A DNA stretch of 64,000 nt from Squalus acanthias (lineage: Eukaryota). Location: the NCBI GenBank assembly GCA_030390025.1, contig CM059438.1, forward strand, positions 17,174,001 through 17,238,000. The letters run 5' to 3'. Position numbers and translations under genes: made by a program. Under the pieces are notes generated by a model, which was not told the origin of the DNA, made no database searches, and worked only from the letters and a program-made list of their open reading frames with translations. Within the stretch, counting starts at the first letter, position 1. Each line of letters starts with the position of its first letter. Positions 26,058 through 39,739 of the stretch are shown here, piece after piece.

Positions 26058-28365
26058 TATCAGGATAAATATCTATTCAAAGCCACAGCTAGAAGGAATG
26101 GTTTCTCAACTCTCATTACTTGAAAGCTAAATCTTGAAATGCCAAAGTACCGCACTAAAGGTTCACATAAAGGTCCACATGCACACATCCTCTATTTCAG
26201 GGCACCGCCACTGTATTGCACTCTTAAAATTAGTAGGTACTAATACACCGTGCAGCGATTAGAATGTTTATTTTTATCATTCATGATTTAATAACCAGAA
26301 AATCAAGTTTTTAATGAGCCACAATTTATGTAGGTTAAAAATCATCCAAATTACATCCAGAGTTTTATTTTGGACTAATGGGGCCTTATAATAGATTTTC
26401 TAAGAATGGGATTCCAGGAATTTCAAAGTTGCAAAATTCCCACACAAACTAGTTTATGATGATGCATTCTTGGAAACACAGAGTTATAGACACAAATTAT
26501 GGTTAGAATATAAATCGAGACTACAGAAAAAGTGTGGTATTCCTCACAGAAGCCGCTCTCAGTCGAATTCATAGAATCGTCTTCCAACAGAACAAGCAGT
26601 ATCTCCAGCACTGAGCACTCACTGTTTTCAAACTCACGTTGCCCAGTATGTGCTTCTAATGACTAGATGGCAAATACCTCTTGGTTTGAATGTGTGCCAG
26701 TTAGATCACCAATTACTAAGATTCAATCCCTCTCTGTGATGCTATGATAAAAACAGGCAACTGGCACAGCAGCACAAAGGGTAAAGACTATTAACTCTTT
26801 TACTGCCATTCTAGCTAAAAAAAAACTGCTATATAAATAACGTGTACAATAAAGCTAGATTATCTTTCTAATATTTATAAAGGTGGCTTTATAAATACTA
26901 AAAAGGAATTCTGTAACTGGACTTGGCCAAGCTTATGGAATCAAATGTAACTGCTTAGCTTGTTTTTACTTTTTAAAAATAAAGTATAGCCCTTTTGGAG
27001 CATTAGAAAAGGAGTCTTGCCCAAAGCTCTCCTCAACAAACCGCTTCCATTAGCTCCCTTCTATTACTTGAAATAAACCACTGCGCCTGCAGCAAAATAG
27101 CCTGGACAAAAGTCCAAACTATGTTTAACAATGAGTAGGAATGTGCATTAAATTTTATAACAATCTTTGCATAGGAGTACTAACAATGCCACACTGTCTA
27201 TCGGACACACTCCTGGAGCTCAATCTAGCCTCACAAATACCAAAGGGAATGCACATACAACCACTAAGCTACGAAGCGCTGGTTGCCAACAGCCTCTGTA
27301 AACAATTAGGGAAAAGGTTCACAATTTACGAGGCCTCAGGTCCCCAGCAACAATTCATAAATCACAATAAATCATAATCTGGTCCAGATTGCCCCTGCCG
27401 TCCTGCCAACAGCTATGAAGTAAATAAGATCTTCCTGCCCCAGCCTGAAACAGAGCAAGGATCTCGACAATGAACTGGGACACAACATTAACTTGAGCAC
27501 AGGACTGGAAAACCAAATAAGCAAATACAAATGAAATCAGCCGTTACTTTTTTCTTAACTAAAACTTCCCACCCGCCACAGACACTGAGCAAGGACTGAA
27601 AATGATAGAATTGCAGTCATGAAATACAATGGCAGGATCTACTTTTTCTCTTTTTTTTTTAAAACGCACGTGTACATACAAACTTTTAAATAAACTTGCA
27701 ACATCATGCAGTGTTTCGAACACCAAAGTGAAGAATTGCTATGTACGAAGGAATTTTCGTTATTGTAATAATTCCTTATAAATCCTACGTTGACAAATCC
27801 GCATTTGTCAAAGTCTATACTTGGAAAACCATGTTGTTCAATAAAAGGATCTACAAAAGCCAAGGGCTTCATGATAAACTGGAGAATCTTCTTAAATAAT
27901 CGAACACAAATTGTGGGCTAAGAGTTATCTTTCACAATGTTTTTGGATCCCATATTTCATGATTTCTTTCTCTCATTAATTTTAATTTACATTTTTGAAA
28001 GAAGCAAAATACCCAAAAAAGTTGTTTTTTTAAATCCAAAAAAACGAGAACAAGTTATTCTGCATTGATTAAAAATCAAAATCAAGAGACTGACTAAAAC
28101 CACAGAAAAATCAAAAGTTCATCAACAAGGCCAGCTAACATCACACTGCGAAAAATGACATGCCAGGAATGTTGCCCATCACTACTGCCAACACAAACAT
28201 TGTCACACAAAGATTCCCGGATCCTACGCAAACCAGAGATTAATTAAGAAACAATAAGAGACAAACTAGTGTACAAGGTAGGAGCTCCTGAGGTAGGCAC
28301 ATATGCATTACTGCGTCTTGTAAACCTAACAAAACCACTGCTGCCGAGAAGACAGCACACAACAC

Positions 28366-28470
28366 AAATTCTGATGAAAGGGCATCGACCTGAAACGTTA
28401 ACTCTCTTTCTCTCTCCACGGATGCTGCCTGGCCTGCTGAGTTTTTCCAGCGTTTTCTGTTGTTACTTCA
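28366..28470 (+). mobile_element. Penelope-like fragment (family B) with minimal hammerhead motif
   Basis: TT-CTGATGA-AAGGGC-ATC-GACCT-GAAACGTT-AACT, followed by the GATGCTGCCTGGCCTGCTGAGT tail shared with about 63890. Confidence 0.7.
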
Positions 28471-28620
28471 AATACTGTAATGCTGGATTGCACATCTTTT
28501 TCAAAAGAGAGCCTGTGCTGTTCTGAAAACTCTTGCATTCTTGATGATAAGACACATAAGCACTTACCAACACTTGCACAAACCCATTCAAAAAAAAAGT
28601 TAAACTTGGAAACCAAAAAC

Positions 28621-29051
28621 ACATGAAAATCAGATAGTCTTAAAATGTAGTTAAGAGTTTAAATCCAATTGAAAGGAAAAAAAAACTATAGGCGTAAAAT
28701 GTCCTGACAGGACAGAACTACTGAACACATGGGGAACCTTTTCCCAAACAATCATAGCACCAACTGGACATTACGCCCACAACTTCTTCCTGCACTTTAC
28801 ACTGGTTTTCCTTGTTGTTTGACAGGCTAAACAAATGAATTTTAGTGGTAGCTAACTCACTACATTTTCAATTTAACCAACAAAAAAAAACATTAAATGG
28901 AGCATAAATAAGACACAAAGCAAGCCTCATGTAAAGTTACAGTTTAGTTCAACACTTTCACCAGAAAATAATGTAGTGAATAAAATGTCACCAGACCAAC
29001 AAACATGAAATCAGATAGTTTTAAAATGTAGTTAAGAGTTTAAATCCAATT
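28621..29051 (+). repeat. Direct repeat pair of about 50 bp (28621-28670 and 29003-29051)
   Basis: ACATGAAA(A)TCAGATAGT(C/T)TTAAAATGTAGTTAAGAGTTTAAATCCAATT occurs twice. Confidence 0.9.
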
Positions 29052-32000
29052 TTTTTTAAAAACATAAAAAAGTTATTTCTTTTTGTACTGCTCTTTATTC
29101 CAAATAGTATACCACATTAAAGTACTTGTGGAACACAGGCAATATAAAGAAATTGAAAAAACTCAAAATAGAGGGCTCAACTTCATGCCATAAAAAACAG
29201 TATTAGTGGTGCAAAATATGGAAATCTTGAGGCACATTTTATATTTTAGATAATAAAATGGTACATTACAGTACTGTTATCAGGACAGCTCAGTAGAAAT
29301 ATCATGAATTGACGTGGCCCCATGTTATTGATGCACTGACCCCATTATCATGTGGTGACAGTTTTAGTTTGAACTCATCACATCACACCTTCTTTAAGAA
29401 AGCTCCGACTGAAAACAGGAGATCAAATTAAATTGTAATAACGGGGTGTTTAGGAATGGAAGCAAGCTGCAGAGACTGGGAACTTTTTGCATGGGCATAA
29501 TTTATATTTAAAAAAGAACATTAATAAAGGTCCTAACTGTATAATCAAGATCAACAGACTACACTTTACACTCTAAACCACAAACCAAGCCTCTAACCAT
29601 AGCTGGTTCATATGAATTCTAACACTCAGATAAAAAAACGTATGCTGGGGCTGAGGACAATTATGAACTGAGTAATTTGAAATCAGAAACCTGCACACTT
29701 TACATTTGTGGTTTCAAACTGTGAACCAATTCTCCTTTTACTGAAACCGCTTATTTTGCATACTGGGTTAATCTCCCCGTGACATATTCCTAAATAGTGT
29801 AGATTTTTTTAACCAATAATTTTGTTATTTAACTCTTTTAAAGGATCGCAGGAGTATTTTGCCATTCAGTTTCAGGAAGGATTAGGATTTTTGAAGAGTT
29901 AAAAGTACTTCCCCTTTTATTTCATTGCATAGGGCATAAAAGCAGGCAAGTGTGTTGCAGCATGTAAAGGACAACTCTGGCTGTTCATAGGGGGAAAAAA
30001 AAGAGGGAAACTACTATACGCTTTCCAATTTAGATTTATCAACAAAATGCATACATAAAAAATTCAGATAGAAAGAGCACTATATATTGAATAGCAAGTT
30101 GTACTATTGACAAAGGGAAAAATACATACAACACTCAAAACATTCCAAATGGTACCAAAAGATTAATCTTAAATGCACATTGTAATGTACGTTACTGTTT
30201 ACTTATACTTAACAAGTAGATCTGTTTCCCTGACAGCTTCCAACTTTTATTTAACAATTGGATTATACTACTTAAAGAACCAGACAACTATGCCAGGAAC
30301 ACTGCAGGTTATTTCTTGTGACGTGCATTCAGCTGTATTTATAGAAACAGAACTTTAAAAACTACGTTTGTATTTCTTACATGAAGCACAAACTTATTTT
30401 CAGTTTAGTCTCGCAAAATCCCAAAACTTTGACTTCAATAATTGCAAAAGAAATGATTGTACTGGTCTATAGACAATTTTTTTTTGGAGTGGGGGAACAA
30501 TTATTCAAGCTCCCAACGCTAGTTAGAGACAAGACTTGTCTTTCTGCCTGAGGTACCTCTTGTTGCTGCGTTTACACTGCGCTGCTCCTGCAATATCAGT
30601 TAGTACATCTTTTTGCCATTTGAGCTCGCCAAACCCATTTGTACTAGCAGCTGGAACTGGGCACCTCTCTGCTGCTGTCCCAGCAAGAAACAGCCAACAT
30701 CTGCTTCAGCGCATCCAATCACTCTTAGCACATCCATTCCCCTTTGACTAATGTGCACCGACACTCGTATATCACCTGCAAATTGGCCCAAATGAATTAA
30801 CCAGTGCTCTGCTTAACATTACGAGATTTAAATGGATTTTCTCTCTACAGGTCTCCTCAATAATTGCATTTATCCATCTTGTTGAAATACAGTTTACACT
30901 TGCTAACATCATTCCAATTCAAGCTACATTTTCTGCTCCAGTGGCAGGAACACTGGAGATTTGTCATCATATCATAACGGGTAATTCAAACAACAATTAG
31001 TTCTATGACTGCCCGTATGTCAACATCTGCTCCAGTAAGCGCAGCTTCAGTCCCCCACACAGCTCGCGAAGATGAATTGTGCTTACTAGTCTTCAATTTG
31101 GATACAAGCTTAACAAGTCAATGCTTCAAAAGCAGAAGCCTCATCACACATTTTTTTTTAAATTGTACTGTAAAAGGAAAGTGTTTTTTTAAAAAAGGGA
31201 GGCGGTGCAGTAGTCTTACTTTAATTAAATGTTACACTACACTAAGCCTTTTTTCAAAAAATAAACAATTTAAAAATAAAACACAGTATTTTGTTCATAA
31301 AATCATCAATTATTTATGATTCTTATTAATTTGAACCAAACTGGAACGTCAATCACTGGAACTTGCTAAATACTTCACCCTTAAAAAATATATATATTTT
31401 TTTACTACTTTGGGCCAGATTTCCTTTACTATATAAAAATGTCCTACAGAAATAGAGGGTAAAATATAGTAACTGTCAGCGCCAATACATCATAAAGCTT
31501 TCCAGTCTATTGCTACAAAACCAGTTTCAATGAGTCAATTATAAAATTGTTTTTGATGCTAAACAGCACCAACTCCCATTTTTTAAAGCATCTACCCAGT
31601 GTTTCATGCATTAAGTTCCAATGTAAACAAGAATACAATTGATGAAACCCAAGGCAAGGCTGGGCTAGGCAACAGTTGTACAGAACAGAGCTGGTAATGA
31701 GCACTGCTAGACAGCTGAAGTCTCGTGCAGAATTGCTAGGAGATGAGTACTTCTGCATTCAAAAAAAAATAGAATGGAACAATGTAACTAACTCCTAGGC
31801 AACAAGCACCAATTCAGCTGTGTAAACACAAGCTCTCCCTCTCTTCTCTATACCCCCCCACCCCCCCCTCAAAAAATCCTCATTATCTGTAGAGCTCCAG
31901 AAACTCCTCAACCCTATTACACACATTTCTGAACTATAGGATACAATGTCAGCTGGGTACAGGATACGATTTCAATCGCTTTGTTTTCAGGTTTTCTGCC

Positions 32001-32714
32001 TTTAACATCTGAAATATTTACCAAGATTCAGAGGGGAGCTAATTAAAACACTACACAATCAGTTGACAAACAGACAAACCGTGCTAACATTCGACATGTA
32101 TTGGACAGAGGAACAATCTACAGGTAGTGTTTGCCACTGGTGTTCCAAGATCAAAAGAGTAGATGCTTTTCTTCTCCAACTCGCCGCCCAATACGGTTGT
32201 AGAATATGGGGAGTCCGTGCTCAAGATTCCTCACCTGACATGTTCCTGGAGTCAGTCAAGTTGTCAAGAGGCACTGAGTAGAGACCAGGTACTATCTTCA
32301 AGCAAGTTATGTTGGGCCACTCTCTTGCAACCAGTAGGAGCTGAAGGCATGTTTACATTGACGTATGTTTAGTTTGGAGATTGGCATCTGCGCACCAGCT
32401 TTGCACGTTTACATTGCTAACCCTCGACAAAAATGCAGGTCCATAATTCTGCCACCTTGATAAGGGAGCCAGTTTTAGCAGTGCAATGTGCAGGAAAGTA
32501 GCACATGGATGGCATCCTCCCACAATCCAAACTAAACAAGCACCAATGGAAAAAAAATCTTAAGAGGTACGACATGGAACTTTTTTTTTTTAATTCCCTG
32601 CAATGCTCTAATATGCGAGGAACTTAACTTTTGGGTTTGTGATAGGTTAGCAGTTTTGTACTTCCTGCAAAACAGTCAACACCACCACCTGGAGCCACAC
32701 AAAGCCATACACAC

Positions 32715-32935
32715 CAGAAGGTCAGAGGTTCAGTTACTGTTCTGTGCCTAGTTAGCTGATCTCAGCCAAGCCAGCAATTTGGAAGCTACAATTTGCTTAC
32801 GTGCTCCTGGAGTTGGGCAAGGGGGAGGGGGAAAAGGAGATATCAATCAGAGCTCCCACTCTTAAATCACTATCCCAACGACGCCAGCTAAAACGTGTGC
32901 GTGCATGGACATCAGGCGCGAGCAGGACTGGACAG
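32715..32935 (+). mobile_element. SINE-like interspersed repeat (further copies at about 40525-40715 and 41995-42200)
   Basis: Shared core GTTAGCTGATCTCAGC...CTACAATT...GGAAAAGGA...TCACTATCC in three places. Confidence 0.6.
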
Positions 32936-32974
32936 AATTTGCAACTTTTATTATTGCATATACAATGAAATGTC

Positions 32975-33085
32975 TATCGAGGAACGGGCGGGGGAGTGGG
33001 ACTCGCTGAAATGCTCTTGCAGAGAGCCGGCACGGGCTCGACGGGCCGAATGGCCTCCTTCTGTGCTGTAACCAGTCTATGATAT
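32975..33085 (+). mobile_element. CR1 3' tail fragment
   Basis: GGGCCGAATGGCCTCCTTCTGTGCTGTAACC end; nearly the reverse complement of about 40100-40200. Confidence 0.75.
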
Positions 33086-33289
33086 GGCAGTGGAAAGGCA
33101 GGAACACATTTCTAAATTACAACCTGTACTAGGCTGGATGCCATAGAGAGTGGTAGAACCCCATGTCAAACAGTGCTCAACCAAGCTAAAAATCCATTTA
33201 GATTACAATACTGAATACACCGCCTCATCAATCCTACAGCACGGTGCACTATTATTTACTTGTTTATATCAATTGCTGCAAGAAGAAAT

Positions 33290-33640
33290 ACTTGCACCTC
33301 ATGTTAAAACATTTCAAAGTGCTTCACACAATTAATCACTTTTACTTTTTGAAGTGCAGTGACTGTTGTTGTGTAGTAAAATGAGCCAAACTTTTTGCGC
33401 CACCCACGGACCACAGACACCAATGAGATGAATGCCCAGTTAATCTGCTCGTTATGGTATTGGGTGAGGGAAGAATATTGCTCGACACTTAAGAACTTCC
33501 TGCTTCTTCTTCAAATAGTGTCATGGGTTCTTCAGCATCTACCTGAACAGGCAGGTATGTATGATCTCCGTTTAACCCTCATCTGAAGGACAGCAACTTC
33601 AACAATGCAAATCCCTTCAGTACTGCACTGGAATGTTAAC
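33290..33640 (-). mobile_element. Deu-domain SINE
   Basis: TTGAAGTGCAGTGACTGTT...AAATAGTGTCATGGG...CAGTACTGCACTGG matches the other copies. Confidence 0.75.
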
Positions 33641-34394
33641 CCAGTATGTGACTCAGACCCACTGACGGGAATATCCTGCGAATATAACCAACTCTCAAGT
33701 TCAATCAATTAAACCCAAAACAGTATATACACTTGATGATGAAAATGACAGTAGTAGTTATAAACAGCAACAGTCCAGGGATCCAGATAATTATCCCTTC
33801 AACTAATAACCTGATTTTTTTTTTTAAGATTAGGGAAAAATAAAACATCTTTCTTTATTCCCACACCTAATTAGTTTCCACAATTAGATTTAGCAAAAGC
33901 TTATTACACAAAAAAAACTACTGAGTGCATGCAGGCCCTTAAAACTATATTCGACATATAAACCTTCACAAAAGAGATCTGTAAGCCCTCTATTTACATA
34001 ATAAATACAGAATAACCATTCTAAACTTTAGTCTAGTCTCGGGGTTCCAGGAGATGGGATTAGAGTAGGTGGCTCTGATGGAGGAGTTAACACTGGCACG
34101 TGCTGCAATGGTCCCTTTCTGAAAATTGTATGATTTTAAGAATTAGAAATCAGTTAACCTTTGCTCTCATGGTTACACCACCTGAACCCAGGTTTAGATC
34201 CACTCCAGCATACCATTATTTATAATGCATATTGGGAATGTTTATGAGCAGCAATACTCAGTTCTGGGTTATGTTTAGTGCTGGCAGTTTTGACACGGAG
34301 TAGGAGAACGCCTCATATCTTTGATGTGCAATGACCTTCACATTGAACGATTGACTGTGAAGTTATTTCTGCAGATGTATTGGTAATGTCAAGG

Positions 34395-35092
34395 TATCAG
34401 TTTGGCTCAGTTACTGGCACTCTCACCTCTGAATCACAAGACTGTAGGTTCAAGCTCCAGTCCAGGTCTTCAGAAATCCAGTGACGTACTGAGAGAGTAT
34501 TGCTCGGTCATGGGTTCAGTCCTTTAGATGAGACATTAAGCCAAGGCCCCGTCTACTTCCTCCAGTGAATGTGAAGAATCAGATGCCACTATTCAATAAT
34601 GTGGAGATGCCGGCGTTGGACTGGGGTGGACAAAAATGAGAAGTCGCACAACACCAGGTTATAGTCCAACAGATTTATTTAAAATTACAAGCTTTCAGAG
34701 CGGTCGCCCCTTCCTCAGGTAGAGTTACTGTAACTCTACCTGAGGAAGGGGCGACAGCTCCGAAAGCTTGTAATTTTAAATAAATCTGTTGGACTATAAC
34801 CTGGTGTTGTGCGACTTCTCATTTTTACTATTCAATAAAACAGCTGGGATTTCTCTCCATTTCCTGCTCAGAATTCCTTTGCCAACCAGCACCCCACTCC
34901 CTCCCGTCCCCAACAAAAGATTAAACGGCCATTCACTGATATTCTATTTTGGGATCTTGCTGTGTGCAAAATGGATGCTAGGTTTGTCTATGTAACAACA
35001 GTCACTGCACTTCAAAAGTAATTCATTGTACATGAAGTACACGGAAGCATTTCTGACAGGTGTGATATGGCATTAAATAAACACAAGTCTTT
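34395..35092 (+). mobile_element. Deu-domain SINE hosting a Penelope-like palindromic insertion
   Basis: Head TGGCTCAGTTA...GGTTCAAGCTCC. The body is interrupted at ACTATTCAATAA and resumes after the insert. Confidence 0.75.
34600..34826. mobile_element. Inverted pair of Penelope-like repeats with a hammerhead motif on each strand, 12-bp TSD
   Basis: Arms 34632-34728 and 34730-34826 are reverse complements with 2 mismatches. TSD ACTATTCAATAA at 34588-99 and 34827-38. Confidence 0.85.
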
Positions 35093-38000
35093 CAATTAAT
35101 CTACAATTGGCTACTCAAATTTTACAGTCAATACAAGTTAGAAACAAACATCAGTCCAGCGGAAATTAGTACCTCAAAAATATCAATGTTTAAAACAAAC
35201 ATAACACTACTATTATTGTAATGAATTTCAACATCTGTTAAGGCTGCCTCAGTAACACCACTGTTATACCAAGTAACTTCAGTCGAGCTTCCAAATGCAG
35301 CTCTGTACATTTGGGATTTCAACCTATGATGAATGCACATTGATCCAGCATGTTTGTGTCGGAGTTTGTTCCCAAAACTTCTGGCATTGATGGGGGAAGG
35401 GGGCCAAGAGCTATTAAAGCTAGCATATTCTCTGTAAAGAGAAGGGAAGAGATGAGGTGCAAGGGTTTCCAAGTTGGGGAACTAATGGCAGCCATGTATT
35501 TGGACTGCCGATGACTTCACTTTTGTCACTATTCATTACACTAGTAGAAAAGCAAAGAAGCCCGAGGCTTGCTTGGCAACTCTGACTTTCAAAAAAGAAC
35601 TGATTACGCACCTGGGAAGCGCCTTGGGATGTTTTCCTACATTACAAAGGTGCTCTATAAATGCAAGTTGTTGTTGTAGTACAGTGGAAGTTCCAAATTG
35701 GGCAATAATTTTCAAACATGAGTTCAGATATTTGAGTTTGTTTTAAACCCAAGACCAAGAGGTGAAGAGTGTACTGTCCCACCTCACTACACCACACAGT
35801 CTGACAGATTGTTATATAAAGGCATGAAATTAATTGATTAAAAAATTCAGTTCCACAGGACAGTAATCAAGGAGGTCACAAAACATTGACGCAGCTTTTC
35901 TTTAGAAATGATGCAAATACATTTGATAATGAAGTGGTACATTGGGTAAGTATAGAATACCACAATGAATAGTCAGGAAGAATCATCAGTATTCGTTAGC
36001 ACTCACGGTGCACTTAAACTCTACGGGTAATATCACAAAGGTAGTAGACCGCTCTGCTCTAACCCAGAGTCTGGAGAGCAAAATATACTTGTGACACAAA
36101 AATTCAGTAAGTGGGATCAGAGAAACATATGAAACTGTAAAAAGCCCGTACATACTATGTATATTCTTTGATAAACTTAATTTAAAAAAATCTTGGCACA
36201 GTTTTAGCTCAAGATTAAGCCATAGTTCTCAACGTATTAGATAACTTGTATTGAGAGAGAGAAATTGATTGATATCTCCTCTCCCAACCTTCCAAAATCA
36301 TTACCCATCAAACGGTAAGTGCTATATTAAAAAGCATGTATATTTTTTTTTTTAAATGGGCAATTTGCAATACAAACATGCAACTCAATTCCTTTTACAC
36401 CAATTTACATTTGAGTTTAATTTAAAAGCCTTAGAAGATGGGTTTGCATTAAACTATTTTTCCAGTCAATAAGAAGACTGCCAAATACAACCAGCAGTAA
36501 AACTGACAATATGAAAGGTTTAGATCCAGTTTAAGCTTATGCATCATTTTGCACAAAATCCTATCATAATCCCACGATTACGGAATTAAATAGATTCAAT
36601 CTTTGGGACTACACCTGCACCACTACGTTTCTTATATAAAATGAATGGAAAATGCCACGCTCTTTCCCAAGCTCAAATGCTTAAAATGCTATTACTGGTA
36701 ACGGCAGGGCCATTTTTGGCAGGAATGGGTTAATTTCGACAGGAATAAGGAGTCATATAAACAATAAAACATTATTTATGAGTTATAGCCTTTAACCCAT
36801 TCTGCCTTTCAGGAAAGTTCAAAGATTCTGCACTTTTGTGCATACAACAAAAGTCAATTTATGCAGTTCGCACTTATTGATAAGAGAAACTGTACTAGCA
36901 CGTAATTGCACCCAATTACGGGTCTTTATAGTAATAATCTTGTTCCTACGTAATCTTAGGTTTGAGTTTTAAACTCAATAGCAAAAGTGTCACTGCTTAT
37001 ATATAACATCTTGGCCCCTGCTTAATGCACCATGTGCAAACAAACACTGTCCCCTGTTGCCCAGCAAAACAAATAAACCTTTAATAGAGGAAAAAAACCT
37101 TGTCCCACTAGACAGAAGTAACCAAGTCACAAAACAATAACAAGAGAATCCAACCTTGTTAATACGCGGTTTCCATTGCACACTAACTACACTGAAAGGC
37201 ATCAGAAGTTAAATGCAACTGTTGGGACGTTTATCCCAATTTCCTAATTGTAATACCATGGTTGGATTAGGTTAGGTAGGAGACATGACAAAAACATACC
37301 GACGTGAACACACTAGAAGTATTGTTCATGCGGTTTTAAATAAAAAACAGACTCATCTGGTGGGTTGACACCAGAGTCGAATCAGCGTTTAAAACAATAG
37401 ATTAAAGCTGCATTACCAAAATCTTATTTTGCAAAAAAAAGTACAGCAGTGAAATATTTGAAGGTTTTTTTCCCCCCCTCACAATACAAATTTAAAGTCA
37501 GTCCAGCAAATATATTAAAAGAGCATCTTTTGGAATTTCTGAATTGCAAGCTAAAAATTCCTGCATATAACAAGCATCAATTGCATGAGTAGTGAAATGG
37601 ACAGTGACTCATAAAGCAATTAACAAAATGGCATTAGAAAGGGATGGTGGATTAAGAAAGGAGTTATACAGTAGTCAGAGGGCAACATAGAAAACAATGT
37701 TAAGGATAGTGGGACTATACATCAAAGCATTCTAAAACATTTACTGTAATTTCATGTTTCACAGTTCCAAAAAAAAAAATCACCTCTTAAATTTGCACAT
37801 TTCAATGTACTCCCAAAAAATTATAGTAGTCACATCACTGTTGCCATTCTCAGTAGCTCTACAGCTCGCCCGTTTAGAAAAACTCCCAAAGACACCATTG
37901 CTTGAAAATGAGGGGGCAAAAATAATGCTGAACCAAATTTAAAGCGATTTATAAAATAAACAAACATTCAGCGCTGCTCCCATTCCAGACTGCTAATCGT

Positions 38001-39739
38001 AACGTCATTTTCAGAGCGGCACCACAGACGTCATAAGGGAGAACAGGCCACATATTCAAGATTTCTTCTGAGATCTTTCTGTGGGCTGTAGCAAGAACTG
38101 CAATTTAGGAGAAACAAAAAGTGCAATTGTTCTACAAGTTAAGAAGCATGAAAAACCTCAACTCAAGGAGCGATCTCAACTAGTCACAGATGATCGTAGT
38201 AATTTTTAATAAAAAAGGATGTGTTACAGAATGCAGATTAAGTTTGGGAAAAAACAGACAATGCATGGTCTTCATAATGTTCTAACTACAGGATAAAAAG
38301 GTTATATTATTAAATTAAAACAGGGAAAACAAGCAATGAGGTCAAGTTAAAAAAAAAACCACATTTTGTTTGGGCTTCACAAAAGCAAGAGAGAAACCGA
38401 GCAGGTGAGAAAATCTAGTATTTCAGGACAGGAAGCAGGAAATGGAGCAAGAAATGCCTAATTACTATGTACTGATCCTGTAAAATTCTGCAAATTGGAC
38501 ATTAGCTTTTTAAAATAATTAAATTTTGTGTTAATACTATTATTCTCTTTTGTGCTACAGCAATTCTAAAACTCAAAAGGCCACACACCTTGACATTCAC
38601 TCCAGTTTACATCCTGCAGGTAACTACGTATTGTATGAAAAATTCCAGAGTATTTATTATTACAATGGAAGGAAGTCACTACAGACAATTAACGTTAGCT
38701 GTGACTGCCACAGTTCGAACAAGGCCTCTAAATGAACCTATTTTCCCCTTCAAATTCCTGTATAGTAATTGAATCCTTAACTGTTTTCTTAAGGATTGGA
38801 GTTACAAAAACATCCAGCCTTTCTGAATCCATTTGTACTCAATAAGTGCACAGAACAAGATAGGGCTGAAATTAGGAAAAGACAGACAAGAACCACACAC
38901 ATGGACAGCTCAAGATTATAATAAAGCCCCCCAACTCCAACCCCCCTTTGACAAACATGAATTCGAATCCCTCATCCCTTTTCTTCTGATAGGCAGCCAC
39001 TGGGAGGACTGTTCTAATTATTCTAACATTAACAGCAATTACAAGTACTACTCAAACACCTTTTGTTTCCTGCACAGCTTTTGCCAGCCTGAAATTCCTG
39101 CCCTGAGAATGCTCTCACTGGAAGCTGTTCCCCCCCCCCCCCCCCCACCACCCTCAGAATGCAACATTAACAAGTTTTATCCCTTTCTGCCTATTTTATT
39201 CATTTCCCAGTGGCCCAATTGAAATTTTAATGGAAACGTGTCCAGGCGTTTCTTCCCAGAAAACCAGTGCAGCCCTGGGCAATCCCTGTGGAGGCTGACC
39301 CCCCAAGGAATCGGATACTGTCACAGAACTAGCCCCCTTCCCCCGGCAGGCCTCTTTAGCCTCAGCAGCAATCCAGGTGTCTATTCAACAGTTTGCACTG
39401 GGGTTTAATTTGAAAATTCCATGCATTTTCTCTTTGTCTGAGCATTTCATTACTCTCCATTTTTAAAAAAAACTTACAGGTTTCTCCACTGCAGTAATCA
39501 CTGGAACAGCAGTAAAGTAAAAACATTGTATTTTTACAGTCGTAGTTATTTGTTTTTCTGTGGTTATTTTATTGCTGCTTTCTGGCATTTTAAGCTCAGC
39601 AGGCCACTGTTGTATTAAGCCCAGGTCACTGTCAAATTTATCTAAAACATTAATTGCCAGAATTCAAGCCGATTTCATTTTGTAGTTTTGTTAAAATTTG
39701 AGACTCTTTCAATGGCCCCAAATCTGAACTAGCGGTCTT

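Noticed and set aside
32235-32340. 106-nt minus-strand segment bounded by CAG and GTGAGG
   Set aside because: Weak pyrimidine tract, no TCF similarity, frame-disrupting; expected by chance in a long intron.
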